Shown: positions 29,848-38,032 of the stretch, piece by piece
How the letters are laid out: each line of letters opens with the position of its first letter
Position numbering within the stretch: position 1 is the first letter of the stretch
Source: Planctomycetota bacterium
GTDB taxonomy: Bacteria > Planctomycetota > B15-G4 > JADJEK01
Length of the DNA: 64,000 bases
Assembly (NCBI GenBank): GCA_044225365.1
Contig: JBGAIQ010000009.1
Coordinates: 32,001 to 96,000, forward strand
Reading direction: 5' to 3'
Notes under the pieces: model-generated
Told to the model about the DNA's origin: nothing
What the model saw: the letters and a program-made list of their open reading frames with translations, nothing else
Database searches by the model: none
Made by a program: the position numbers and the translations under genes

Positions 29848-30696
29848 GGCACGCCACCATCCGTCCGCCTCGAAAAGCATCGCGGCAGCCTCCTGCGCGA
29901 CGATCGCGGGCGGCGTGCCGTTGTCGTAGCGCAACCACTTGCCATCTTCGCCCATCGTCGGAGCTCCGAGGCGATGAGACAGATTGGGATGAAGATCGTG
30001 AGTGGTCACCTTGTTGGGCGGAACCGCCTTACCCCAGCCCAATATCACGCCGGTCGGTCCGCATCGACCGATCTCGATCACGAATCCCCCGCCCCACCTA
30101 TCGAATTGTATGGTCAAAAGATCGATGCCGGTCGAAGCGGCACGCCGAAAGTGCGGCAACGATCCTTTGAACCCGCGTGCGCGCAACTGCGGCACGAAGT
30201 GTTCTCGCAAGGCGTCTTTCATCGCGTCATTGCTCATGTCATGTTCTCTCCATCCTCGAGCGGCGAGTTCGCAAGCAAAATCTGCCGGGATACACGAATA
30301 ATGGGGAGCGCGCTGCTCGTCATCCGTCGGCGAAGGCGTAAAGCGCACGAACTCGGCTTTCTCCCGGCGGCGATCCATCCAACGCCAGATTCGGTAGTTC
30401 ACCTGTCCCTTGACGGGCGGCTGCTGAAGTAACTCCGGCCCGGCGAGGTGCGAGAAGTCGTTGTCGCGACGGACTCGAAGGATCCGGTCTTCGCGTTTCG
30501 GGATGATGAAATCCACCGCCGCGTTGAAGCCCTCTCCGATCGCTCGCTCGGCAACAACGGGCGGTGACGACCGCGGACCGTGAAAGACGAATACCCAATG
30601 GCCCCCGAACAAGATCTGCTTGGTCATTACAGCGATCAAGAAGTAGACGCCGTCTTTTCGGACTGCGACAAGGTCACCCGAGCGGATCTGAATCAC
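29842..30696 (-). CDS. Two-part ORF: unknown N-terminal domain fused in frame to a DUF4304-like domain (internal ATG 30237)
   Basis: C-terminal half MSNDAMKDALREHFVPQLRARGFKGSLPHFRR..LLTIQFDRWGGGFVIE resembles DUF4304. Confidence 0.65.
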   Translation of the reverse strand: MIQIRSGDLVAVRKDGVYFLIAVMTKQILFGGHWVFVFHGPRSSPPVVAERAIGEGFNAAVDFIIPKREDRILRVRRDNDFSHLAGPELLQQPPVKGQVNYRIWRWMDRRREKAEFVRFTPSPTDDEQRAPHYSCIPADFACELAARGWREHDMSNDAMKDALREHFVPQLRARGFKGSLPHFRRAASTGIDLLTIQFDRWGGGFVIEIGRCGPTGVILGWGKAVPPNKVTTHDLHPNLSHRLGAPTMGEDGKWLRYDNGTPPAIVAQEAAAMLFEADGWWRAR

Positions 30697-30726
30697 GGAA
30701 GCACCTGAGTTGCAGTCGACCGGTCT

Positions 30727-30839
30727 TCACAACGGTTGAGCTCGTTCGGGAACGCGGGCTCGCGCCTTCCGGGAAACGTCATTTCAGTCCGAACACGGCT
30801 GTTCATCCATCGCCTGTTCGTTCGAGCGAAGTGTTCGAC
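30727..30839 (-). other. attC site (degenerate)
   Basis: Plus strand TCACAAC-ggttgagctc ... ttcgagcgaagt-GTTCGAC; nested CGAACAC/GTGTTCG stem. Confidence 0.55.
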
Positions 30840-31210
30840 CGAAACTCACCCGATCGCCACGGACGGCGAACCGATCTGTCGCACTTTCGGATGCAGCGAA
30901 ACATTCGGTCTCGCTTTCACGGCTACCAGTACGCTTCGAGGCCATGGCCGCGCGAGGACCAATACTCGCACCACCGTGCCGCGGTGAACAGAATATGAGC
31001 TCTTGATTCTTCACTGCCTTCCTCGAACTCTGGGCGTGCCACGCGCTCCACGTGAGCAACTCCCGCCTTTGCGGAGAACGACGTTGCCCTTGCACGTAGT
31101 TCATGACCCAGTGCCTCTAGGCCTGGTGCGAGACAACTCTCGTAGCATTTCTCCAGGGTTGCCATTCCGATGATGTCCTCGCAGTCATGCAGAAACTGCG
31201 CGCGAAAACT

Positions 31211-32750
31211 GGGTCTTCCGGGAATCGTGTGGGTTTGAGGCTCAAAATCGCTTGGTTCGGCTGACAGCGTGACGTGAACCCGTTCCACGCTCACTCAACC
31301 TCAGACTCCGAAGCTGAGAGGGTGCACCGCCCTCTGGCCCCACCTCCGTCGTCGTCGGTCCTTCGCTCGCGTTCGCTCGCTCGGTCCGCGACCGACGCCG
31401 ACGGCGATGGGGCTGCGAGGGCTCGGGTGGCGTACTGGGCCGCAGTTCCCGAGCCTGTCCAGATCGCGTCGAGTCGCTACCGTTCGGGGGATGAACGACA
31501 ATGAACTCTATGCGCGGATCCTGGGACTTGAGACTCCGTGGCGAGTGACCAAGGTGGACCTCGCCTTGAAGAAGGGCGAAGTGTTGGTGGTCGTCGAGAT
31601 GGATCCGTCGGGGGCGCGATTGTGCGCCGAGTGCGGAGCCGCAAGCCCTGGCTACGACACGTTGGTTCGGCGCTGGCGTCACCTCGACACCTGCCAGTAC
31701 CGGACGATCCTTGAGGCGCAGGTGCCGCGCACGAATTGCGCGACGCACGGCGTGAAACAGGTCCGCACTCCGTGGGCGGAAGCGGGCTCGCGATTCACGG
31801 CGCTGTTCGAAGCGATGGTGATCGCGTGGCTGAAGCAGGCGAGTGCTGCGGGCGTCGCGAAGGAGATGCACCTGAGTTGGGACGAGGTCGACGGGATACA
31901 AGGACGCGCGGTGAAGCGAGGGCTTGAGCGGCGTCACGTGAGGTATCCCAAGCGCCTCGGCGTCGACGAAACGTCGTTTCAGAAGCGGCACGAGTATGTG
32001 ACGGTGATCTCCGATCAAAAGCGCAGCGAAGTGCTCGACGTACAGGATGACCGCAAGACCGAGAGTCTCGATCGCTTCTTCGGAACGCTCACGAACGCGC
32101 AGCGCAAACGAATCGAGCTCGTTGCGATGGACATGTGGCCGCCGTTCATGAACTCCGTCGCGAAGAATCTCGAGGACGGTGCGAGCAAGATCGCGTTCGA
32201 CAAGTTCCACGTCGCCAAGATGCTGGGAGACGCGGTGGACAAGACGCGGCGTGAAGAGAATCGAGAGCTTCTCGCCGAAGGCGACCGCTCGTTAGTCGGA
32301 AAAAAGTATCTCTTTCTCAGTCGCACAGAGCCGATCGATCCGGACCAGGATCCGTTCGAGTTTCGACAGTTCACGGCGGGCATGCTGCGGACCGCGAGAG
32401 CCTGGGCGATCAAGGAGACCGCGATGCACTTGTGGTCTTTCGATACGGTCCGCGCGGCGAAAGCCGCTTGGAATCGGTGGCTTGCTTGGGCGTCGCGGTC
32501 GCGCCTCCCGAGCATGGTGCGCGTGGCTCGAACGGTCAGAAAGCACCTCCAGGGGATCCTCGTCGCGGTCATCCACAAGATCACGAACGCAGACGGCGAG
32601 TCGATCAATGCGAAGATCCAACGGCTGAAGCAGCGAGCCTGCGGTTATAGAAACCGGCAACGCTTCCGAAATGCCATCCTCTTCCACTTCGGCGGACTGG
32701 ATCTCATGCCCCGGACGCTCGCATCAACCCACACGAAAGTCTGAAGCGCC
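31211..32750 (+). mobile_element. ISL3-family insertion sequence, 1540 bp
   Basis: Imperfect terminal IRs GGGTCTTCCGGGAATCGTGTGGGTT / GGCGCTTCAGACTTTCGTGTGGGTT; 8-bp TSD CGAAAACT at 31203-31210 and 32751-32758. Confidence 0.93.
31491..32744 (+). CDS. ISL3 family transposase
   Basis: CAECG zinc finger, RRWRHLD, LGVDETSF, VAMDMW, FDKFHV, TNADGESINAKIQ..ACGYRN. Confidence 0.95.
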   Translation: MNDNELYARILGLETPWRVTKVDLALKKGEVLVVVEMDPSGARLCAECGAASPGYDTLVRRWRHLDTCQYRTILEAQVPRTNCATHGVKQVRTPWAEAGSRFTALFEAMVIAWLKQASAAGVAKEMHLSWDEVDGIQGRAVKRGLERRHVRYPKRLGVDETSFQKRHEYVTVISDQKRSEVLDVQDDRKTESLDRFFGTLTNAQRKRIELVAMDMWPPFMNSVAKNLEDGASKIAFDKFHVAKMLGDAVDKTRREENRELLAEGDRSLVGKKYLFLSRTEPIDPDQDPFEFRQFTAGMLRTARAWAIKETAMHLWSFDTVRAAKAAWNRWLAWASRSRLPSMVRVARTVRKHLQGILVAVIHKITNADGESINAKIQRLKQRACGYRNRQRFRNAILFHFGGLDLMPRTLASTHTKV

Positions 32751-33180
32751 CGAAAACTAAACAACTCAACGTATCCCAACGGGCCATGTGTGTACATCGG
32801 TAAGCCATCACACGGAGGCGCAAGCTGAAGCACATAGTAACCTTTCATCTCGCGGATGAACTCCGCCTCGGACTGCCGAGGGGCCTTTGATTCACGATAC
32901 CGATCTCGCGCCCAGGCGTCCGCTCTTGGGTCGGTGCCGACACGCGGAGCTCGAAGTGTCTCGTACGGCGTGATCTGAATCTCGCGCCATCGTCGATCAA
33001 TGGCATCGCGATCGATGCCTCTCCACCGACGCCGCACCTTCTCGAACCAGCCAACGTTGACCGGCAAGTCCATCAGTCGCTGGAAGAGCCGAGCGAACTC
33101 TTCTTCGTGCCCGGCCTTCGGCTTGCCGATAGGATTCCAGTCGAGGCCCATGCTCTGAGAGACCTAGCTTGCACTTGACA

Positions 33181-33546
33181 GGTCTGGATAACTCATGTCC
33201 TGGACCTCACAGTCCATCCAGCATCGCGCTGGAATGTACCTCTTTCACCGAATCGTTGCTCCTGCGAATCGTTGGCGTGATCGTCTCGAACCGAGCGCGA
33301 TCACCGGACCGGATGGCGGCCGAGCGGTGAGCCAGAGTCGGCGTCTTGCTTCGGCTGACGGCGATCGGCTTGGTAGTGAGGCCGATGAACGTCGGTGGCC
33401 TGAGCCTGCTCTCGGCCAGCCCCTCGCGAAGAACGAGGGACTCGACGTGCGGGTCCATTGCGTTCATCTCCGAGGTTCCGTGGTCGGCGCGAGTGGATCC
33501 ATGATGGGCGACCGTCGAGATCAACCGTTGCAACGGCTGGTTCCGC
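33181..33546 (-). other. Composite attC remnants (GTTATCC-type R' half at 33185-33191; canonical R''/L'' half at ~33525-33546)
   Basis: GGTCTGGATAACTCA identical to 38766-38780; minus strand GCGGAAC-cagcc-GTTGCAAC after the CbrC stop. Confidence 0.5.
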
Positions 33547-33552
33547 AGCAAC

Positions 33553-34113
33553 TCATATGAAGTCGCTGTACCCGGCAACCCTTCCGCAGCGATCACACCT
33601 GAAGAGATACGCCGTGGGCGAGCCGATCCGCGAGAGTGCTTTCAGGTACTCCTGCCACGGATTCCCCTCCTCCCATCCGAGCTCTGTCCTGATGGCTTCA
33701 ATGACTTCAAGGGCCCCTGGACCGAGCTTCATAAGGTCCGAAAAGCCTGCCGGACCAAGGAAGGTCGCCGCATCTTCGCAGCAGGTCATCCATCGCTCTT
33801 GCTGCCATCCGGAAAAGCCGGGGGTTCGAAAAGCCACCTCTTCAGCGATCACACGGTCGACCTCCTCCCATGAACCGAAGCCACCGACACCAGCGAGTTC
33901 AGTGAACTCTGCACCGTACTTCTCATGCGCGCTACCGTCGACGATGCACCACGGACAGATGTCGTCCCGATGCTCCGCCTCAGAGTAGACCGGACCCGTG
34001 TAGATGTAGCCCCGAGCGCGATGACAGCATACGCAAGTCACCGGCGAACTCTGGACGCTTCCCGTGGCGACCGGATCCGGGTGATAGCGAAAACGTGGCA
34101 GAGGCTCGCTCAT
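33553..34113 (-). CDS. CbrC/UPF0167 family protein
   Basis: LPRFRYHPDPVATGS, CVCC..RGYIY.GPVY, CPWCIVDGSAH, RTPGFSGWQQERW, AYLFRC..C. Confidence 0.9.
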   Translation of the reverse strand: MSEPLPRFRYHPDPVATGSVQSSPVTCVCCHRARGYIYTGPVYSEAEHRDDICPWCIVDGSAHEKYGAEFTELAGVGGFGSWEEVDRVIAEEVAFRTPGFSGWQQERWMTCCEDAATFLGPAGFSDLMKLGPGALEVIEAIRTELGWEEGNPWQEYLKALSRIGSPTAYLFRCDRCGRVAGYSDFI

Positions 34114-34140
34114 ATATCTCGGCTTCGTCCGCCCCGCGAG

Positions 34141-34194
34141 ATGCCGCTCGGCCGCGCGAGCGAATCGAGCGCCTGCGGAGGCGGCATGTTAGGC
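34141..34194 (-). other. Eroded attC (R'' half and hairpin)
   Basis: Minus strand GCCTAAC includes the upstream TAA; ATGCCGC...GCGGCAT stem; R' lost. Confidence 0.5.
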
Positions 34195-34656
34195 AGACAA
34201 GTCCAACAGCAAAGACGCACGCGCTCGGCAGGCCGGAAGCATGCCGGGGAGGTCCTCCCGAACTTGGGCTACGGCCCAGTCCAATCGCCCACAGTCATCG
34301 ATCAAGTGATCGAGGTAGTAACCGAAACGGACGACAGGATTTTCGAGATCCTCACCGAGGCAGTTTCCGGCCGCCCACCGAGCGAATGCGGACACGGCGT
34401 CATCGCTCGCGAGATCGAGTTCAACGGCATGCAAGCTGAACTGAGATGGGAAGTCGAGCTTGGGTGGCCGCCCGAAGCCCTCCAACTCAAAACAAGGTCC
34501 CGGGCCATGCTCCACCAGCTCGAGTAGCCACGTCGGAATCTGCGCCGGATCAGCGTGCGACATCAATACCCGCTCGGCCCAACCGGAAACCTGCTCATCG
34601 CTGAGAAAGCCTGCCGCCCAGACGGAGAGCACGCGGTTCCTCTCATCAAGAAGCAT
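34189..34656 (-). CDS. Hypothetical cassette protein
   Basis: Starts just after an attC R' (GTTGAGC, 34666-34672); stop lies within GCCTAAC. Confidence 0.7.
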   Translation of the reverse strand: MLLDERNRVLSVWAAGFLSDEQVSGWAERVLMSHADPAQIPTWLLELVEHGPGPCFELEGFGRPPKLDFPSQFSLHAVELDLASDDAVSAFARWAAGNCLGEDLENPVVRFGYYLDHLIDDCGRLDWAVAQVREDLPGMLPACRARASLLLDLSA

Positions 34657-34665
34657 AGTCGTCCT

Positions 34666-34690
34666 GCTCAACGATGCCGGTCAGCGGATA
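34666..34690 (-). other. attC half site (L'-R')
   Basis: Minus strand CCGCTGACCGGCATC-GTTGAGC; the R'' arm was not found. Confidence 0.5.
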
Positions 34691-34885
34691 GTGGCGGTCC
34701 AGATTCTACCGCGCCGACGAGCTCCACATCGCTCGCCGGCAGCTTCGGCGCGTGAGGTGAGTCTGCGGTCGGGCACGCGACGTCCGGGCGACGGCTCGTC
34801 GCCGAACGTCTCCGAGAGCGGGATGACCTCGCGATCGTGTTTCGCAATCGTGTTGACTGCGTACGGCCGGGGTTCCCGGCGTCCT

Positions 34886-35122
34886 TCATGGAGATGTCCG
34901 ATTCGTGCCCGTACAGAACCGCCAACTCCGGTCCTCGGGGAAGCCGGGCGCCTCGCGGTACATGACGTCGAGCCGAGCGCCATCGACGAAAAACCGAACG
35001 GCGGCGAAGCAAGGCTCGGGGCCGCAGGGTTGAACCACGACGTCGGCCGACTGGGTTGACCAAGTGATCGAGGCGCTGACCAGCGTCGCATCGTGCAGGT
35101 CGAGATCAACAAGCGAGGTCAT
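34886..35122 (-). CDS. Short or truncated cassette ORF
   Basis: MTSLVDLDLHDATLVSASITW starts 6 bp after an attC R'; the C-terminus looks scrambled. Confidence 0.45.
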   Translation of the reverse strand: MTSLVDLDLHDATLVSASITWSTQSADVVVQPCGPEPCFAAVRFFVDGARLDVMYREAPGFPEDRSWRFCTGTNRTSP

Positions 35123-35128
35123 AGATCT

Positions 35129-35221
35129 GGCCAACGACACAAGCTCAGCGACGGCGGCCACGAGACGCGCCAATTGCAACCGCGACGGCCCGCCGCCGTT
35201 CGCTGCAGCGCATGGTTAGAC
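35129..35221 (-). other. attC site
   Basis: Minus strand GTCTAAC-catgc-GCTGCAGCGAACGGCGG ... CCGCCGTCGCTGAGC-ttgtgtc-GTTGGCC. Confidence 0.9.
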
Positions 35222-35641
35222 GGCGTGGTCATCTGGCGCATCACCCTCGCCAAGAAAGTATAGATCGAAATCGATGTCGAGACCGAGTGCGGCGACTCTG
35301 GCAAGAAGCTGCCGCGGAAGGTGAATGCCCGGTGTAAGCGTGCGGAAATAAACGGCGCAACCAATCTCAGCGGGAAAACGCGACAGGACTGCGCGAATGC
35401 CGGTGGCGTGTGCCTCCAAGGCTGTAAGCAAAGCATCAAGGTGCTCCTCGACTGGCGCGGTGAGTGGCAGCGGACTCTTGAAAGTCCAGCGGCTGTGTCG
35501 GCGCGTAACGTCCGGGCGCGTGCGCATCGGCTGACCAACAACCCACGCTTCGGTCGGCTCGAAGCCAGCCAACTGCGTGACAACGCTGGCGTCCTGACCA
35601 AACTCGAACACTGCGAAGAAAACGTGAGCGTCATGTTCCAT
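35216..35641 (-). CDS. DUF4279-like cassette protein
   Basis: VTQLAGFEPTEAW..G..W...S...EEHLDALL..LGLDIDFDLY; stop lies in the attC R''. Confidence 0.75.
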   Translation of the reverse strand: MEHDAHVFFAVFEFGQDASVVTQLAGFEPTEAWVVGQPMRTRPDVTRRHSRWTFKSPLPLTAPVEEHLDALLTALEAHATGIRAVLSRFPAEIGCAVYFRTLTPGIHLPRQLLARVAALGLDIDFDLYFLGEGDAPDDHAV

Positions 35642-35655
35642 GTCGTGCGAACGCC

Positions 35656-35763
35656 TTCTAACGCGTGCAATTCTGCGGCGGCGCGAACACACCCGCGGCC
35701 GCCAAGTGTGGCAAGAGCGGCCGCGTTCCGCAACGCGCCGTCAGCAGAAATTGCTCGTTGGAC
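35656..35763 (-). other. attC site
   Basis: Minus strand GTCCAAC-gagcaatttctgctgacggcgcg ... cgcgccgccgcagaattgcacgc-GTTAGAA. Confidence 0.88.
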
Positions 35764-35980
35764 AGCGAGCTGAGGCCTCACATGCAAGACGTCCTGTGCC
35801 ACCGAGGCGGACGTCTAGTTCACGAAGAAACGCGCCCAGCAGCTCCGAATTGCGCCGATCAAGAGTCGGCATGGGCTCACCTGCCGCTTGATGTTCGCCT
35901 TGTGCGACGAGGCAATCTCGCAGGAGCCGGGCCGTTTCAACGTCGATTCGAAATTCAATCAGCGCGGTGTCGTCCGCCAT
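35741..35980 (-). CDS. Small hypothetical cassette protein
   Basis: 79-aa ORF filling the space between two attC sites. Confidence 0.55.
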   Translation of the reverse strand: MADDTALIEFRIDVETARLLRDCLVAQGEHQAAGEPMPTLDRRNSELLGAFLRELDVRLGGTGRLACEASARCPTSNFC

Positions 35981-35992
35981 TGGTTTCTTGGC

Positions 35993-36119
35993 TCTCTAAG
36001 CTCGCTGTTCAGCGGGGGCGCGCTGACATGGAAAGCGCGGCGCACGCGCATAATGAAATGACGCGTGTGCGCCGCGCCGCCATACCTTTGGCACCGACCG
36101 CTGCAACTGCCTGTTAAGC
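35993..36119 (-). other. attC site (R' has CTT instead of GTT)
   Basis: Minus strand GCTTAAC-aggca-GTTGCAGCGG ... CCGCTGAAC-agcgag-CTTAGAG; internal GCGGCGCACACGCG/CGCGTGCGCCGC stem. Confidence 0.82.
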
Positions 36120-36132
36120 GGCTGACGCACTG

Positions 36133-36573
36133 CTATGGATTCTGCCGACGCCCAATGCGTACGCATTCGCGCACATCGGACCATAATGCCGTGCCCCGCG
36201 CACGCGCCGCAGCAACGAACTCAGGAAGGCGGCGCGCAAGCTCCTGGATGTGCGTATCGAGTTCCGAACTGCTGCCGTAGCGCGGCGACCTCCACGGAGG
36301 CAACGTTAGCGCCTGCGCCGGCCAGCCGAGCCCCACCTCATCGTTCGAATTCCAACCACGGTTGGCATTGGACTCCGGAGCTACTGTGACGGTCATGTTT
36401 ACTCCGTGGCCCGCAGCACAATAGACGAGGAGATCGAATGGAGTACCGCGGAAGATCGCCAACATCTCCTCACGATGGCGCGGTATCCAAAGTGGACCCA
36501 CGAAGCCAATTTCGCGTGCGCCTGCGACGAGAAAAGTATCGAGGCTCGTGACGAAGTCCCTGGGCTCACTCAT
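36133..36573 (-). CDS. Hypothetical cassette protein
   Basis: 146-aa ORF bounded by two attC sites. Confidence 0.65.
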   Translation of the reverse strand: MSEPRDFVTSLDTFLVAGAREIGFVGPLWIPRHREEMLAIFRGTPFDLLVYCAAGHGVNMTVTVAPESNANRGWNSNDEVGLGWPAQALTLPPWRSPRYGSSSELDTHIQELARRLPEFVAAARARGTALWSDVRECVRIGRRQNP

Positions 36574-36609
36574 CGCGAACTCGCACCTTGAAATGCGCTT
36601 GCAGAAGCC

Positions 36610-36673
36610 GCCTAACGTTCTGGTTCAGCGGCGAGCCGCGCAGCGGCCCGTCCGCTGCAACCGATTGTTCGGC
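36610..36673 (-). other. attC site (canonical, 64 bp)
   Basis: Minus strand GCCGAAC-aatc-GGTTGCAGCGG-acgggccgctgcgcggctcg-CCGCTGAACC-agaac-GTTAGGC; extra base in L''; 6 bp after the SLATT stop. Confidence 0.95.
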
Positions 36674-36679
36674 GGTTGC

Positions 36680-37591
36680 TCATTTTGTTTCCCTTCGAGC
36701 AACCCACATAGCGTGCTCACGGGAAATAGCTGTCTCGGCGTCATTAACAAACCGCGCAAGCTCAATTTCCGTCCTGACGTGCGGGGCGCGTGCAGCAATC
36801 AACGAGAGTTCTTGCGCCGCTAATCCGTATGCCTGTGCGAGCTCTTGATATCGCTTCATCGCACCCCAAGCGACAGTCGCCGATGCGAGAGTGCTGAACA
36901 CCGTTGCCGCCTTCCAAGGGAACGCAGGATATATTGCGAGCAGGACGGCTGCGCCTCCGGCCGCCGTTTGGAATACAACGAGCAGGACGAACCAGACATT
37001 ACGTTTGTTCCGATTGTCAGCCGACTTCTGCGAGTACCATGTCTGCTGTTCAACGACTCGCTGAGACAAGTAAGCATCGCGTTTTACACCGATCGCCGCA
37101 TTGCGGAGACCTTCCATGTACGACGTGACCTGCTGCCCCGTGGCATCCAGGCCAGCTAGCAGCGGAGCCAGCTGCTTGTTCTCGTTCAGCAACTCCCTTA
37201 GCGAATTCGTAAAGAGTTCAAGCGCATCCTGATACGACATCGACGACGGAAACGGATCGGCCGCACAGACAAATTTCCACGTCAGTGATTTCGCCGATTC
37301 GGCGACGGCGCGACCGGCATACCAGATTCTTTCCCATCGACGCGTTGCTAAGAGAATCGTGACCCCAACAGCCCCGAAGAAGATGATTGCTGCGATGGTG
37401 TTAACGACCCGCTTGCTCTCCACGTCAGTGAGACCAATCGATCCCACCATTGCTCCACTGAGTAGCAGCGACAGGTTGATGGTCACCCAGCGGGTATACC
37501 ACTTCTGACCAGACGAGGACGCATCATCCGCACACCGATACAGGGCGGGGAAAGATATTCGGTCAAAAGGCTTTGCCTCGAACTTTGCCAT
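36680..37591 (-). CDS. SLATT/DUF4231 membrane protein (two 2-TM modules)
   Basis: FPALYRCADDASSSGQKWY, WERIWYAGRAVAESAKSLTW, YLSQRVVEQQTWY..K, RYQELAQAY, FVNDAETAISREHAMW. Confidence 0.88.
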   Translation of the reverse strand: MAKFEAKPFDRISFPALYRCADDASSSGQKWYTRWVTINLSLLLSGAMVGSIGLTDVESKRVVNTIAAIIFFGAVGVTILLATRRWERIWYAGRAVAESAKSLTWKFVCAADPFPSSMSYQDALELFTNSLRELLNENKQLAPLLAGLDATGQQVTSYMEGLRNAAIGVKRDAYLSQRVVEQQTWYSQKSADNRNKRNVWFVLLVVFQTAAGGAAVLLAIYPAFPWKAATVFSTLASATVAWGAMKRYQELAQAYGLAAQELSLIAARAPHVRTEIELARFVNDAETAISREHAMWVARRETK

Positions 37592-37625
37592 GGGGGATAT
37601 CTCTGTGAAATCTCGATTATGACCG

Positions 37626-38021
37626 TCACGGGACAAGACGCCGCATGGTGCGGACGATCTCGTCAATGTCCCAGCCGACTCGCGGATGAGCTGCGAGCGG
37701 TGAGGGATAGTATTTGATGCGCCCATCGCTGTAGAGCCGAACCCCCATGATTGGCTTGCCGAGTTCGAGTGCCTTGTTCAGTTCCCAATCAACCCAGCTG
37801 CTCGTGTATGTGGTTGGCCCGTAGAGACACATGTTGAGGCTCGATCCACTGATCTTCGGAGCAATCTGCTGTTTGATGTAGTGCGCGTTGCTACTGTTGT
37901 ACGGTTCTCGAACCGAGTAGTCGGCGAATTCCAGGTCTCCGTTCTTGTTCTTCGCCTGTCCGCGAAATAGGTTGACCAATGCCAAATCTTCTTCGACAAA
38001 GCTGAGGAATGTCCGGATCAT
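37626..38021 (-). CDS. TIR-like protein (ThsB/DUF1863-like)
   Basis: RTFLSF, FADYSVREPY, YIKQQI, SSWVDWEL (catalytic Glu position), GKPIMGV; GGAGG RBS. Confidence 0.85.
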   Translation of the reverse strand: MIRTFLSFVEEDLALVNLFRGQAKNKNGDLEFADYSVREPYNSSNAHYIKQQIAPKISGSSLNMCLYGPTTYTSSWVDWELNKALELGKPIMGVRLYSDGRIKYYPSPLAAHPRVGWDIDEIVRTMRRLVP

Positions 38022-38032
38022 GGAACCTCCAG

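Larger units (their letters stand above)
30923..33151 (-). pseudogene. Cassette gene (about 226 aa when rejoined) interrupted by ISL3
   Basis: N-part MGLDWNPIGK..YVELFSF (33151-32751) joins in frame with RAQFLHDCED..EAYW (31202-30923) after removing the IS and one TSD copy. Confidence 0.88.

Noticed and set aside
31211-31294. Start of the 123-aa ORF 30923-31294 as an independent gene
   Set aside because: Its first ~28 codons lie inside the ISL3 left end; the rest is the 3' half of the interrupted gene.
35129-36673. Regularly spaced hairpins read as terminators or a CRISPR-like array
   Set aside because: They have R''/L''/L'/R' attC architecture, lack poly-U tails and are separated by whole ORFs.
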